Of a stretch of 64,000 nucleotides of DNA, positions 49,433-58,036 are shown piece after piece. How positions within the stretch are numbered: position 1 is the first letter of the stretch; each line of letters opens with the position of its first letter. The notes beneath the pieces are model-generated. The model did not search any database. It saw only the letters and a list, made by a program, of their open reading frames with translations, and was not told the DNA's origin. The DNA lies in contig DMBU01000193.1 in NCBI GenBank assembly GCA_003446015.1, positions 11,833 through 75,832 of the forward strand, in the 5' to 3' direction. This stretch comes from Bacteroidales bacterium. Its GTDB lineage: Bacteria; Bacteroidota; Bacteroidia; Bacteroidales; UBA12077. The translations under genes were made by a program, and so were the position numbers.

Positions 49433-50642
49433 ATACATTTAGAATTTCACCTTCCGATTTGGCTATAACCACAGCTCCACAACTATCACTCCATACATTG
49501 GTTGCTGTTCTGAACATGTCTAGAATTCTATCCACAGGGAGTATTAAAGCCATCATTTCAATTGGTAAACCAAGTACTTCTAATATGATAGTAATAATAA
49601 CCAAACTTGCCATAGGAACAGCAGCTGTACCTATACTTGATAACACTGCTATTATTAATACAGTTAATTGTTCCTTAAAACCCATTTCTACTCCCTTTGC
49701 TTGAGCTATAAACATAACCACAGCTGCAATATAAATGGCGGTGCCATCCATATTAACGGTAGCGCCAATGGGTAACGTGAAGTTTGTAATTTTATGTGAG
49801 ACACCTGATTTTTCATTTGTTTCTTTCATATTTAGAGGTAATGCAGCAGCAGATGATGCTGTAGAAAATGCAGTAATGAGTGTAGTTTTTACATTGTTGA
49901 AATGTTTATAAGGTTTTGCTTTACCAATAAAACGGGTAATTAATGGTAAGCTTATTAACGCATGTATTAATATTGCTGCGATAACAGTGATCATAAATGA
50001 ACCAAGCTTTACAATCATATTACCAAAGTCATTCTGTTCTGCTACAACTTTTACTATTAATCCAAAGATTCCAAAAGGAGCAAGCTTGATAATAAGCATT
50101 GTCATTTTCATAAACAATTCAAAGAATGCATTAAAAAAATCAGAAAGGATTGTTTTGTTCTTATTATCTACCTTACTTATAAAAACCCCAACAATAATAG
50201 CAAAGAATATAACCGATAAGAATTCATTACTTGCCATAGACTTAAAAATATTCTGAGGAACGATCTGAATCAACATATCTGAGATACTTTGTCTTTTAAA
50301 ATCCAGTGATTCATTAACCGTAATACTTGAAATATCCATTCCTACACCCGGTTTAATTAAATCTACTAATAGTAATCCCACTGATATTGCAAGAATAGTG
50401 GTCATTAGATAATATCCTAAAGTTTTTATACCAAGTCTTCCAAAGTTTCCTTCACTTCCAATATTTGAAATCCCCGAAACAATTGAGCTTAATATTAATG
50501 GAATGACAATCATTTTAAGCATGCGTAGAAATATATCACCCATCCACGATACATAGTTAACTTGATCCTTAAAAAAAATTCCAAATACAATTGCAATGAT
50601 AAATGCAATTAATATTTGCCAGTGTAATGCAACTTTTTTCAT
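49431..50642 (-). CDS. Dicarboxylate/amino acid:cation symporter (DAACS, GltP-like).
   Basis: 'AFSTASSAAALP', 'ATVNMDGTAIY' and 'DRILDMFRTATNVWSD' are SDF-family signatures. Confidence 0.9.
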   Translation of the reverse strand: MKKVALHWQILIAFIIAIVFGIFFKDQVNYVSWMGDIFLRMLKMIVIPLILSSIVSGISNIGSEGNFGRLGIKTLGYYLMTTILAISVGLLLVDLIKPGVGMDISSITVNESLDFKRQSISDMLIQIVPQNIFKSMASNEFLSVIFFAIIVGVFISKVDNKNKTILSDFFNAFFELFMKMTMLIIKLAPFGIFGLIVKVVAEQNDFGNMIVKLGSFMITVIAAILIHALISLPLITRFIGKAKPYKHFNNVKTTLITAFSTASSAAALPLNMKETNEKSGVSHKITNFTLPIGATVNMDGTAIYIAAVVMFIAQAKGVEMGFKEQLTVLIIAVLSSIGTAAVPMASLVIITIILEVLGLPIEMMALILPVDRILDMFRTATNVWSDSCGAVVIAKSEGEILNV

Positions 50643-50910
50643 TCTTGCTTATTTAATATATGAGTGCTAATGTAATAAATAGCACAAAAATTTGATTGAA
50701 AAATGGGAGTTAAGTTTAATTTAAACACAAAAATTCCTATAAAAAATACTTATCGACATTTAATTATTGGTTTGGTAAGCTACACAAGTTTTTAAATATG
50801 CAATTCTCAGAGAGATAAGTTTTGAAATAAAAACTGAGTATTTTATTTAATACAAAGTTGCTATTTACTAAAAGAATTCAATTGTATACATTAAAAAGAA
50901 TTGATTAAAT

Positions 50911-51035
50911 TTACATATGTAATTTATATATTAGATTTACAAATGTTTATATGATAAAATTTAATTTAGTTTACATATGTAGCGATGTTTTATTGATTTA
51001 ATTAATGACTTATGTAAAAAGTTACAATCTGTAAC
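50911..51035. promoter_or_regulatory. Distal cluster of TTACA-N2/3-TGTAA palindromes (candidate operator sites).
   Basis: TTACATATGTAA 50911..50922 (perfect). TTACAAATGTTT 50937..50948 (half site). TTACATATGTAG 50971..50982, exactly 60 bp after the first and sharing the 14-mer TTTACATATGTA. GTTACAATCTGTAAC 51021..51035. Confidence 0.35.
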
Positions 51036-51427
51036 CGAATACCTATTCTTAATATATATATTTATCATAATATCAGTATATTATATACTTTTACTTAATA
51101 ATACATTTAAATTATATGCTATTTTTAATCATATATGAAGATATTAAGCGAAACTTAATAGTATATTATGCATTATACCAGTACATTATACTATATTCAT
51201 AAAGTATTACTAAATTTAATACTATATTTCGTGAAATGTTTGGAAATACAGGCTATTAACATGTAATACTCATTACCTAATAACAGATCCAGTACCTATA
51301 TATAGTATATGTTATGAAAAATGAATTAAAATAGCATAGATTTATTAATAACTGTTTTTAACTAAACTTCACCTTTTTTTATCCTTAATTTATTCACAGT
51401 TGTAAACAAAATAAATCATTCATAATA

Positions 51428-51463
51428 TTACATGTGTAAACTATATTTGTATTACATTTGTAA
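51428..51463. promoter_or_regulatory. Proximal pair of TTACA-N2-TGTAA palindromes overlapping TAnnTTTG -7-like boxes, upstream of the HTH gene.
   Basis: TTACATGTGTAA 51428..51439 and TTACATTTGTAA 51452..51463, 24 bp centre to centre. TATATTTG 51442..51449 and TACATTTG 51453..51460 fit the Bacteroidota -7 consensus. The start codon is at 51482. Confidence 0.4.
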
Positions 51464-51481
51464 TTATTATTGTTTACAAAT

Positions 51482-51919
51482 ATGAAAGACCGAATAATTC
51501 AATTTTTAAGCGAAAACAATTTAACATCAACAAAATTTGCTGATAGTATTGGGGTTCAAAGATCAAGTATTTCTCATGTTTTATCTGGCCGTAATAAACC
51601 AAGCTTTGATTTTATTGAGAAAATGCTTTTAGCCTACCCTGATTTAAATGCCCAATGGTTAATTACCGGAAAAGGAAATATGTTAAAAAATCAGCTTACC
51701 TTATTTAATACAGAAGATGAAATTAAATTTGGAGATTTAACTTCCCGAGAATCGAATATTCAAAACCCACCTGGTAAAGAGGTAAATAAAATTAATTCAG
51801 AACAAGATAAGGAAGGATTTATAGATCAGAAGATCACTATTAAAGAGGGTTTAAATGGTATTGAGCGGATTGTGATTTTTTATACTAATGGATATTTTAA
51901 AGAATATAAACCAGAATAA
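51482..51919 (+). CDS. XRE/CI-like helix-turn-helix DNA-binding protein.
   Basis: 'MKDRIIQFLSENNLTSTKFADSIGVQRSSISHVLSGRNKPSFDFIEKMLLAYPDLNAQWLITGKGNM' is a Bacteroidota-type HTH domain. ATG at 51482 is preferred over the track TTG at 51470. The C-terminal 70 aa are unassigned. Confidence 0.75.
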   Translation: MKDRIIQFLSENNLTSTKFADSIGVQRSSISHVLSGRNKPSFDFIEKMLLAYPDLNAQWLITGKGNMLKNQLTLFNTEDEIKFGDLTSRESNIQNPPGKEVNKINSEQDKEGFIDQKITIKEGLNGIERIVIFYTNGYFKEYKPE

Positions 51920-51956
51920 AAATTCAGCATTCTGTATTATCTTTGTAAAAAAACTT

Positions 51957-52994
51957 ATGTATAAAAATTTTATTCGCCCCCTTTTATTTTTATTACAACC
52001 AGAAACTGTTCATCACATTATCATTAATTTTCTTAAAATTGGTTTTAAAATACCAGGTATAGCTTACTTGGTTAGAAAATCTTTTACTCTTAAAAATATC
52101 AGCCTAAAAACCACTTTTTTGGGGATGGAATTTGATAACCCTGTTGGGTTTGCCGCCGGTTTTGATAAAAATGCTGAGGTTTACAAACAATTTTCGAATT
52201 TTGGTTTCTCTTTTATTGAAATAGGCACAGTTACACCTAAGGCACAACCAGGAAACCCTAAACCTAGATCATTTCGAGTTCCAAAAGATAAAGGTCTTAT
52301 TAACCGTATGGGATTTAATAATAAGGGTGTAGATTATGCAGTTAATCAATTAAAAAACAATAACCATAAGGTTATTATTGGAGGAAACATTGGTAAAAAT
52401 TCAAATACACCAAATGAAGAGGCTCTAAACGATTATATTACTTGTTTCGAGAAGCTATACAATTATGTTGATTACTTTGTAGTAAATTTAAGTTGCCCTA
52501 ATATTAAAGATTTAAGGAAGTTGCAGGATAAGGATTCGACTATTACGATCCTGAATAAATTAACCGAATTACGTAGATTAAAATCGCCATATAAACCTGT
52601 TTTACTAAAGATATCTCCCGATCTCACAAACGACCAGCTTGATGATGTTATCGAAACCTTTAATATTACAGGTATTGATGGCGTTGTTGCAACGAATACT
52701 ACTGTTTCAAGAGATGGTTTATTGACAGATAAAAAAAGGCTCGAAGAAATTGCAAATGGAGGATTAAGCGGGAAACCTCTGAATAAACGTTCTACGGAGA
52801 TTATTAAATATTTAACCGAAAAATCAAAAGGAACAATACCAATAATTGGTGTTGGCGGAATTATGACAGTTAGTGATGCAATTGAAAAGTTGAACGCAGG
52901 AGCAACTTTAATTCAAATTTATACAGGATTTATTTATGAAGGACCTGCATTTGTTAAACGAATAAATAAAGCTTTAATAAAGCAACGCAAATAA
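51957..52994 (+). CDS. pyrD: Quinone-dependent (class 2) dihydroorotate dehydrogenase.
   Basis: 'MYKNFIRPLLFLLQPETVHH' is a typical PyrD class 2 N-terminus. Also 'GFAAGFDKNAE', 'IEIGTVTP', 'NRMGFNN', 'VNLSCPN' and 'GGLSGKPL'. Met at 51957 is preferred to the track start at 51888, which overlaps the HTH gene. Confidence 0.92.
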   Translation: MYKNFIRPLLFLLQPETVHHIIINFLKIGFKIPGIAYLVRKSFTLKNISLKTTFLGMEFDNPVGFAAGFDKNAEVYKQFSNFGFSFIEIGTVTPKAQPGNPKPRSFRVPKDKGLINRMGFNNKGVDYAVNQLKNNNHKVIIGGNIGKNSNTPNEEALNDYITCFEKLYNYVDYFVVNLSCPNIKDLRKLQDKDSTITILNKLTELRRLKSPYKPVLLKISPDLTNDQLDDVIETFNITGIDGVVATNTTVSRDGLLTDKKRLEEIANGGLSGKPLNKRSTEIIKYLTEKSKGTIPIIGVGGIMTVSDAIEKLNAGATLIQIYTGFIYEGPAFVKRINKALIKQRK

Positions 52995-53015
52995 CATTAA
53001 AACAATTAATTAAAT

Positions 53016-53048
53016 AAAAAGGAGAAGTAAAATACTTCTCCTTTTTTT
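53016..53048. terminator. Bidirectional rho-independent terminator between pyrD and the antiporter gene.
   Basis: AAAAA-GGAGAAGTA-AAA-TACTTCTCC-TTTTTTT, a 9-bp perfect stem. Confidence 0.8.
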
Positions 53049-53051
53049 ATT

Positions 53052-54434
53052 TTATATAAGTGTAATTAACCAAAAAGTTAAGGCTCCACTTAAATATCCT
53101 AAAAGTGCCAACCAACTGATATGTTTAATATACCAGAAAAAATCTATTTTTTCAAGTCCCATTGCTGCAACACCAGCAGCTGAACCAATAATCAATACAC
53201 TTCCTCCAGTTCCAGCACAATAAGCTAAAAATGACCAGAAATCGCCGTTTTGTACAAAGAAAGAAGCATATCCAATTGCATCAGGATTTGCAACATCATA
53301 CATCCCTATAGAGGCTGCTACAAGCGGAACGTTATCAATTACAGATGAAATTAATCCTATAAATACATTTATTACATAAATGTTGCCTATTTTATCTGCT
53401 AACCAAACTGAGAGCACATCTAAATGTCCAGCACTTTGAAGTGCGGCTACTCCACTTAAAATACCCAAAAAGAATAATATAGTAGGTGTATCGACCTCTT
53501 TTAAAATCCTATTTACATTTAATTTTCTTAAATCTTTTTTTCCATTAAAATGAAACCTCAAGTCAGTATAAAACCATAAAAATCCTAATCCTAATAGCAT
53601 TCCCATGTAAGGTGGAAGGTGAGTATAAGTTTTAAAAACAGGTACTGAAATTAATGCAAAAACTCCAGCAATTAAGATGGTAACCTGATCTCTATATGGA
53701 ACAAACTCCCGCATCTCATTTTCTTTAAGACTTGGATGTTTTATTTTTCCTTTTATAAAAAATGATAAAATAGTTAATGGAACAACCATACTTACTAAAC
53801 TTGGAATAAAAATAGTTTTAATAATACTTACTGCAGTTATTTGTCCACCAATCCACAACATAATTGTAGTCACATCACCAATAGGAGACCATGCACCACC
53901 TGAATTTGCCGATATTACAATTAATCCTGCAAATAACCACCTATCATGTGTATCTCTAGAAAGTTTACGCATTAATGCAACCATTACAATAGTTGTTGTG
54001 AGGTTATCTAAAATTGCGGATAAGAAAAATGTTAAAAAGCTAATTAACCAAAGAAGTTTGATCTTTTTTGTTGTTCTGATCTTGTCTGTTAGAATTCTAA
54101 ATCCCTGATAACTATCAATTACTTCCACAATAGTCATCGCACCAAGTAAAAACAAAATAATTCCAGCAATTTCAGAAATATGTTCAGGCAATTGATGATG
54201 AGCAATAAACTCACGAACTGTCTCAGTGTTTAAAGGATTAATTAATTGACTTGAAAATTCATTCCAGCTTCTGCTAAGCCCCAATGATAATATTTCTTTT
54301 CCACCTAAAATGTATGCAGTCCATGTTAATACTCCTAATAATAATGCCGATGCAGCTTTATTAATCTTTATTTTATGTTCAAAGATAATCAGAGTATAAC
54401 CTACCGTAAAAATGAATAACATTAATATAAACAT
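53052..54434 (-). CDS. NhaD/ArsB-superfamily Na+/H+ antiporter.
   Basis: 460 aa with about 12 TM helices. 'FLSAILDNLTTTIVM', 'ISANSGGAWSPIGDVTT' and 'SSVIDNVPLV' match NhaD-type CitMHS/ArsB-fold antiporters. Confidence 0.8.
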   Translation of the reverse strand: MFILMLFIFTVGYTLIIFEHKIKINKAASALLLGVLTWTAYILGGKEILSLGLSRSWNEFSSQLINPLNTETVREFIAHHQLPEHISEIAGIILFLLGAMTIVEVIDSYQGFRILTDKIRTTKKIKLLWLISFLTFFLSAILDNLTTTIVMVALMRKLSRDTHDRWLFAGLIVISANSGGAWSPIGDVTTIMLWIGGQITAVSIIKTIFIPSLVSMVVPLTILSFFIKGKIKHPSLKENEMREFVPYRDQVTILIAGVFALISVPVFKTYTHLPPYMGMLLGLGFLWFYTDLRFHFNGKKDLRKLNVNRILKEVDTPTILFFLGILSGVAALQSAGHLDVLSVWLADKIGNIYVINVFIGLISSVIDNVPLVAASIGMYDVANPDAIGYASFFVQNGDFWSFLAYCAGTGGSVLIIGSAAGVAAMGLEKIDFFWYIKHISWLALLGYLSGALTFWLITLI

Positions 54435-54562
54435 GATAATTATGGTTTAATTTTTTTTAAAAACGTGCAAAAGTAAGTTATTAAAAGATCAATTCGATAT
54501 AAACACAGCGAAATATTTATATATTTAGAGTGATATATGTCAATAGGGTTTTAGGCAGCTAA

Positions 54563-54592
54563 ATAAAAAAGAGAAGCTCTGAAAGCTTCTCT
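54563..54592 (-). terminator. Rho-independent terminator downstream of tRNA-Lys.
   Basis: On the minus strand AGAGAAGCT-TTCAG-AGCTTCTCT forms a 9-bp perfect stem followed by T6, beginning 5 nt after the tRNA 3' end. Confidence 0.8.
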
Positions 54593-54597
54593 CTTAG

Positions 54598-54670
54598 TGA
54601 CCCAACTGGGACTCGAACCCAGGACCCCATCCTTAAAAGGGATGTGCTCTACCAGCTGAGCTATTGAGTC
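54598..54670 (-). tRNA. tRNA-Lys (anticodon UUU).
   Basis: The reverse complement GACTCAATAGCTCAGCTGGTAGAGCACATCCCTTTTAAGGATGGGGTCCTGGGTTCGAGTCCCAGTTGGGTCA folds as a cloverleaf. Acceptor GACTCAA/TTGGGTC, anticodon stem CATCC/GGATG, loop CTTTTAA, T-loop GGTTCGAGTCC. CCA is not encoded. Confidence 0.93.
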
Positions 54671-54680
54671 AATTGGATTG

Positions 54681-54710
54681 CAAAAATAAAACCTTTTTCT
54701 TTAAATCAAA
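54681..54710 (-). promoter_or_regulatory. Candidate Bacteroidota-type promoter for tRNA-Lys.
   Basis: The minus strand reads TTTG (54710..54707), 18 nt, TATTTTTG (54688..54681). This fits -33 TTTG / -7 TAnnTTTG and ends 10 nt before the mature tRNA 5' end. Confidence 0.45.
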
Positions 54711-54961
54711 AGATTTCAAAATAAAATATAAAAATAAAATTCAAATTCACTGATTAGCAATGAATTCAATTCAAATTAATATTGGATCTAACGTAACATT
54801 GTTTAAAATAAAAACTATCACTAGCAAAATATTAGTCAATTCAATCCTAAAATTTATCAAAAAGAAAAATTCTTGGTATAATTGTATCAGTTAAATTAAC
54901 CGATTATTGACTGTTTTTTATGATTAATCAAATACATTCATCTTATAATCAATAAAATAAA

Positions 54962-55372
54962 ATGTACACTTCTGAAACAAAAATTAGGGTTCGTTATGGA
55001 GAAACTGATAAAATGGGATATGTATATTATGGGGTATATCCTTTATATTATGAAGTAGGCCGAACAGAGCTAATGAGAAATTTTAATTATGCCTATAAAA
55101 AAATAGAAGATATGGGCATTATCCTACCCGTTAAGTCCCTAGAAGTAAAGTATCATAAGGCGGCCGTATACGATGATCTGTTAACTATCAGAACTACTAT
55201 AAAAGAAATGCCCGGTATTCGAATTACTTTCTATTATGAAGTTTTAAACGAAAATAATGAATTGTTAAACGAAGGAACTACCATGCTAATTTTTGTTGAT
55301 GAGAAATCCAGAAGACCTCGCAAAGCACCAGAAGAGCTTATTGAACAACTAAAACCATATTTTAATAAATAG
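54962..55372 (+). CDS. Acyl-CoA thioesterase, YbgC/FadM (4HBT hot-dog) family.
   Basis: 'IRVRYGETDKMGYVYYGVYPLYYEVGRTELMR' has the catalytic Asp in the 'ETD' motif typical of YbgC-like thioesterases. 136 aa. Confidence 0.85.
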   Translation: MYTSETKIRVRYGETDKMGYVYYGVYPLYYEVGRTELMRNFNYAYKKIEDMGIILPVKSLEVKYHKAAVYDDLLTIRTTIKEMPGIRITFYYEVLNENNELLNEGTTMLIFVDEKSRRPRKAPEELIEQLKPYFNK

Positions 55373-55411
55373 TTTTCAAATTAATTTAAAGAGGGTAGAA
55401 AGATAAATATT

Positions 55412-55519
55412 TGCCACAAAGGCACTAAATCACAAAGGTTCACAAAATCATAACGTGCAGACTATTTAATTTTTGTGACTCTTTGAGCCTTCGTTCCGAT
55501 AAATATCGGGATAGTGGCT
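55412..55519. repeat. REP/MITE-like intergenic element of the 'CACAAAG' type with imperfect terminal inverted repeats.
   Basis: TGCCACAAAGGCACTAAATCACAAAGGTTCACAAAA ... TTTTTGTGACTCTTTGAGCCTTCG ... CCGATAAATATCGG ... TAGTGGCTA. Left-arm CACAAAG units are mirrored by TTTGTGA/CTTTGAG on the right. The ends are GCCAC and GTGGC. Confidence 0.5.
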
Positions 55520-55597
55520 AATTTTCATTTCTTAATCTTGCTACACCCCCTTTTTCATGATTAACTCTTTATCCTTCAACAATTTTTTCATGATTCT

Positions 55598-55623
55598 TGT
55601 AATGATTAAAAATCTGAATCGTC
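55598..55623 (+). promoter_or_regulatory. Candidate ECF-sigma-type promoter upstream of the DUF4252/ECF cluster.
   Basis: TGTAAT (55598..55603), 16 nt, CGTC (55620..55623) resembles the ECF -35 (G)AAC/GTAAC and -10 CGTC layout. It lies 59 nt upstream of the ATG at 55682. Confidence 0.3.
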
Positions 55624-55681
55624 TTGTTTATGAATTGAGCTCATTTAAACAAAACATTTGTAGAATTTAAACAAAAAAATC

Positions 55682-56188
55682 ATGAAAAAGATAATAACAA
55701 TAGTAGTTTTAGCAGCATTCCCATTCTTATTGAGTGCACAAGATTTTGTTGACAATATGATTGCCAAATATCAAGGAGAAAAAGGTTTTACAACAGTAGT
55801 AATAAATAGTGCTCTGTTTGATATTGCAGCTGCAATTGATGATGATGAAGATCTTCAGAAAATGAAAGGAATGATTGATAACATTAGAATTATTGCCATG
55901 GACGATCATTTCAGTTCAGATTTAAATTTCTTTAATGAAATGAAATCACAGGTTGACACAAAAGCATATGTAGAACTAATGACTGTAAAAGAACATAATA
56001 ACGATGTTGTTTTTTACGTGAAATATGCTGGAAATGAAATTGAAGAGTTATTGCTGGTTGCCGGAGGTAATGATGAAAATGCGATGATAAGCATCAAAGG
56101 AAAAATAAATTTAAAACAATTAGCATCTTTATCAAATTCAGTTCATATATCAGGGTTTGAGTATTTAGACGAATTAGAAAATCATTAA
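55682..56188 (+). CDS. DUF4252-domain exported protein (copy 1).
   Basis: Signal peptide. 'YQGEKGFTTVVINSALFDIAA', 'IDNIRIIAMD', 'ELMTVKEHNNDVVFYVK' and 'EELLLVAGGNDENAMISIKGKINLKQL' are collinear with copies 2 and 3. Confidence 0.75.
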   Translation: MKKIITIVVLAAFPFLLSAQDFVDNMIAKYQGEKGFTTVVINSALFDIAAAIDDDEDLQKMKGMIDNIRIIAMDDHFSSDLNFFNEMKSQVDTKAYVELMTVKEHNNDVVFYVKYAGNEIEELLLVAGGNDENAMISIKGKINLKQLASLSNSVHISGFEYLDELENH

Positions 56189-56257
56189 GAAAGGGGGAGA
56201 AAAATCTCCCTTTCTCAAAATTAATTTGTAATTTTCATGGTCTTGAATTGTTGATAA

Positions 56258-56803
56258 ATGACTGCTGAAGCTTTTAAAGAAAACATATTACCATTAAATA
56301 GAAAACTCCTGGGTTTCGCAAATCGATTTATGCAGGATTTTGACGATGCTAAGGATATTGTGCAGGAGATTTACATTAAGCTATGGAATATGAGAACAGA
56401 GTTGGATAAATACAACAGTGTTGAAGCTTTGGCAATGCGAATGACGAGGAACCTGTGTTTAGATAAAATAAAACTTAATAAAACGATTCCTTTAAATGGT
56501 TCAATCAAAGAAGAATCATTTAATGAAACCGATAGCAAAGAAAAAGAAGTTGAAATAAAACTTGCTGTATTACGTGCTAAAAAAGCCATTGATCATTTAG
56601 AAGAACCACAAAAAACAATTATGCAATTGCGTGATATTGAAGGTTATGATTATGATGAAATAGCACAAATATTAAATATGAATGTGAATACAATACGTGT
56701 TAGCTTATCAAGAGCAAGAAAAAAGGTAAGAGACTATTTAATTGAAAAATATTATAAACATGGATCTGAAAAAAATAAAAACTCTGTTAGAGAATTATTA
56801 TAA
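56258..56803 (+). CDS. ECF-type RNA polymerase sigma-70 factor.
   Basis: Region 2 'AKDIVQEIYIKLW' and region 4 'LRDIEGYDYDEIAQILNMNVNTIRVSLSRARKKVRDYL'. Confidence 0.9.
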   Translation: MTAEAFKENILPLNRKLLGFANRFMQDFDDAKDIVQEIYIKLWNMRTELDKYNSVEALAMRMTRNLCLDKIKLNKTIPLNGSIKEESFNETDSKEKEVEIKLAVLRAKKAIDHLEEPQKTIMQLRDIEGYDYDEIAQILNMNVNTIRVSLSRARKKVRDYLIEKYYKHGSEKNKNSVRELL

Positions 56804-57335
56804 CGGAGATACTACAAAAGAAGAGGAAATAATTCTTCGCGAATATTTGAGCAATGAGAATATTGATAATGAACTCATTGCAGATAAAGATATTTTCTTA
56901 TTTCAGATTCACCAAAATATGGAATTGAATAATACTCCTGATATTTCGGAGGAGATATGGAACTCTCTAAACAGGAATAATACTGGAGCTAAGAAGGAAA
57001 ACAAGAATTTTGGTTATATCTATTTGAAAATCGCTGCAAGCATTATTATTCTTGTAGGTTCGTATTTTATTTTAAAAACTCAGGTATTTAATCCCGAACA
57101 AGAAACGTATTTTACCGACACGTATGATAATCCTGAAATAGCATATCAGCAAGCAAAAGAAACCCTTTTATACGTTTCAGCCTTGCTGAATAATGGCACG
57201 AGTCACTTAGAACCTATTCAAAAAATAAATGAAAGCACACAAAACTTAAAAAAATTGTCGAGCTTTAACTATGGTTTAAATGAACTTAGTCCAATTAATA
57301 CCTATGATCTTGCAAATAAATATTTTAAACAATAA
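56760..57335 (+). CDS. Putative anti-sigma factor (single-pass membrane protein).
   Basis: 'MDLKKIKTLLENYYNGDTTKEEEIILREYL' is a typical Bacteroidota anti-sigma-like N-terminus. One TM helix (YIYLKIAASIIILVGSYFIL). ATG at 56760 is preferred to the track start at 56742. Overlaps the sigma gene by 44 nt. Confidence 0.55.
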   Translation: MDLKKIKTLLENYYNGDTTKEEEIILREYLSNENIDNELIADKDIFLFQIHQNMELNNTPDISEEIWNSLNRNNTGAKKENKNFGYIYLKIAASIIILVGSYFILKTQVFNPEQETYFTDTYDNPEIAYQQAKETLLYVSALLNNGTSHLEPIQKINESTQNLKKLSSFNYGLNELSPINTYDLANKYFKQ

Positions 57336-57339
57336 AACC

Positions 57340-57855
57340 ATGAGAAAAATAGTATTTAGCTTATTTGTACTTCTATTCCCTTTAATCACATTGGCTCAAA
57401 GAACGCCCGTTGATGAGCTATTTGATAAATATAGCGGGAAAGAAGGATTTACTTCTGTTTATATTACAAGCTATATGTTTAGCATGTTTTCAAATTTAGA
57501 AACAGATGATCCTGAATTCGATGCCCTGGTTAAGAATCTAAAAGGGATTAAAATTCTAGCTACCGACGATTCCTATAGTGGAAGTGCCAATTTTTACAAA
57601 GAAATAATTGACAAGTTACCCATGTCTGTTTATAAAGAACTAATGGTAATAAAAGAAAAGGATCAGGATGTTAAATTTCTTATCAATGAGAAAGACGGGA
57701 AAATCATAGAACTTTTATTGATTGCTGGGGGTAAAGATGATAATGCTTTAATAAGCATACAAGGGAATATCGACCTAAAAACCATTTCGAAATTATCAAA
57801 ATCGATGCAAATTGATGGTTTAGAGCATCTTAAAGAAATTGATAAAAATAAATAA
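57340..57855 (+). CDS. DUF4252-domain exported protein (copy 2).
   Basis: ATG at 57340 gives MRKIVFSLFVLLFPLITLAQ as a signal peptide. 'YSGKEGFTSVYITSYMFSMFS', 'LKGIKILATDD' and 'IELLLIAGGKDDNALISIQGNIDLKTI' are collinear with copy 1. Confidence 0.75.
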   Translation: MRKIVFSLFVLLFPLITLAQRTPVDELFDKYSGKEGFTSVYITSYMFSMFSNLETDDPEFDALVKNLKGIKILATDDSYSGSANFYKEIIDKLPMSVYKELMVIKEKDQDVKFLINEKDGKIIELLLIAGGKDDNALISIQGNIDLKTISKLSKSMQIDGLEHLKEIDKNK

Positions 57856-58036
57856 CTTTTTATGAAATAAGCATAAGTAAAATAAACACATGAAACCCTC
57901 ATGAGCAAAAGCTCACAAAAGGAGATGAATAAATTTTGAGGGTTCCATGGTAATTGAAGTACTAAAGTAAAAATTGGCAATTATATTTACTTGAATAACA
58001 GAAGTATAACATAAATATAAACATAAATATAAACTA

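Noticed and set aside
50643-51469. Possibility that the long AT-rich spacer is the chromosomal replication origin (oriC).
   Set aside because: I find only one good DnaA-box-like 9-mer (TTATTCACA at 51388..51396) and one weaker one (TTAAACACA near 50720). There is no cluster of TTATCCACA-type boxes and no dnaA, dnaN or gid genes nearby. I cannot compute GC skew here. A genome-wide skew plot and a DnaA-box scan would settle it.
51888-51956. 23-codon N-terminal extension of pyrD overlapping the HTH gene.
   Set aside because: Class 2 PyrD proteins begin with the 'MY..I.RP.LF.L.PE..H' helix found at the Met at 51957. The upstream extension overlaps the 3' end of the preceding gene by 32 nt.
56189-56257. 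G/C-rich hairpin (GAAAGGGGGAGA-AAAA-TCTCCCTTTC) between DUF4252 copy 1 and the ECF sigma gene, as a possible terminator.
   Set aside because: It is followed by TCAAAATT rather than a T-run and sits inside what otherwise looks like one operon. It may be a processing or attenuation element, but I cannot support calling it a terminator.
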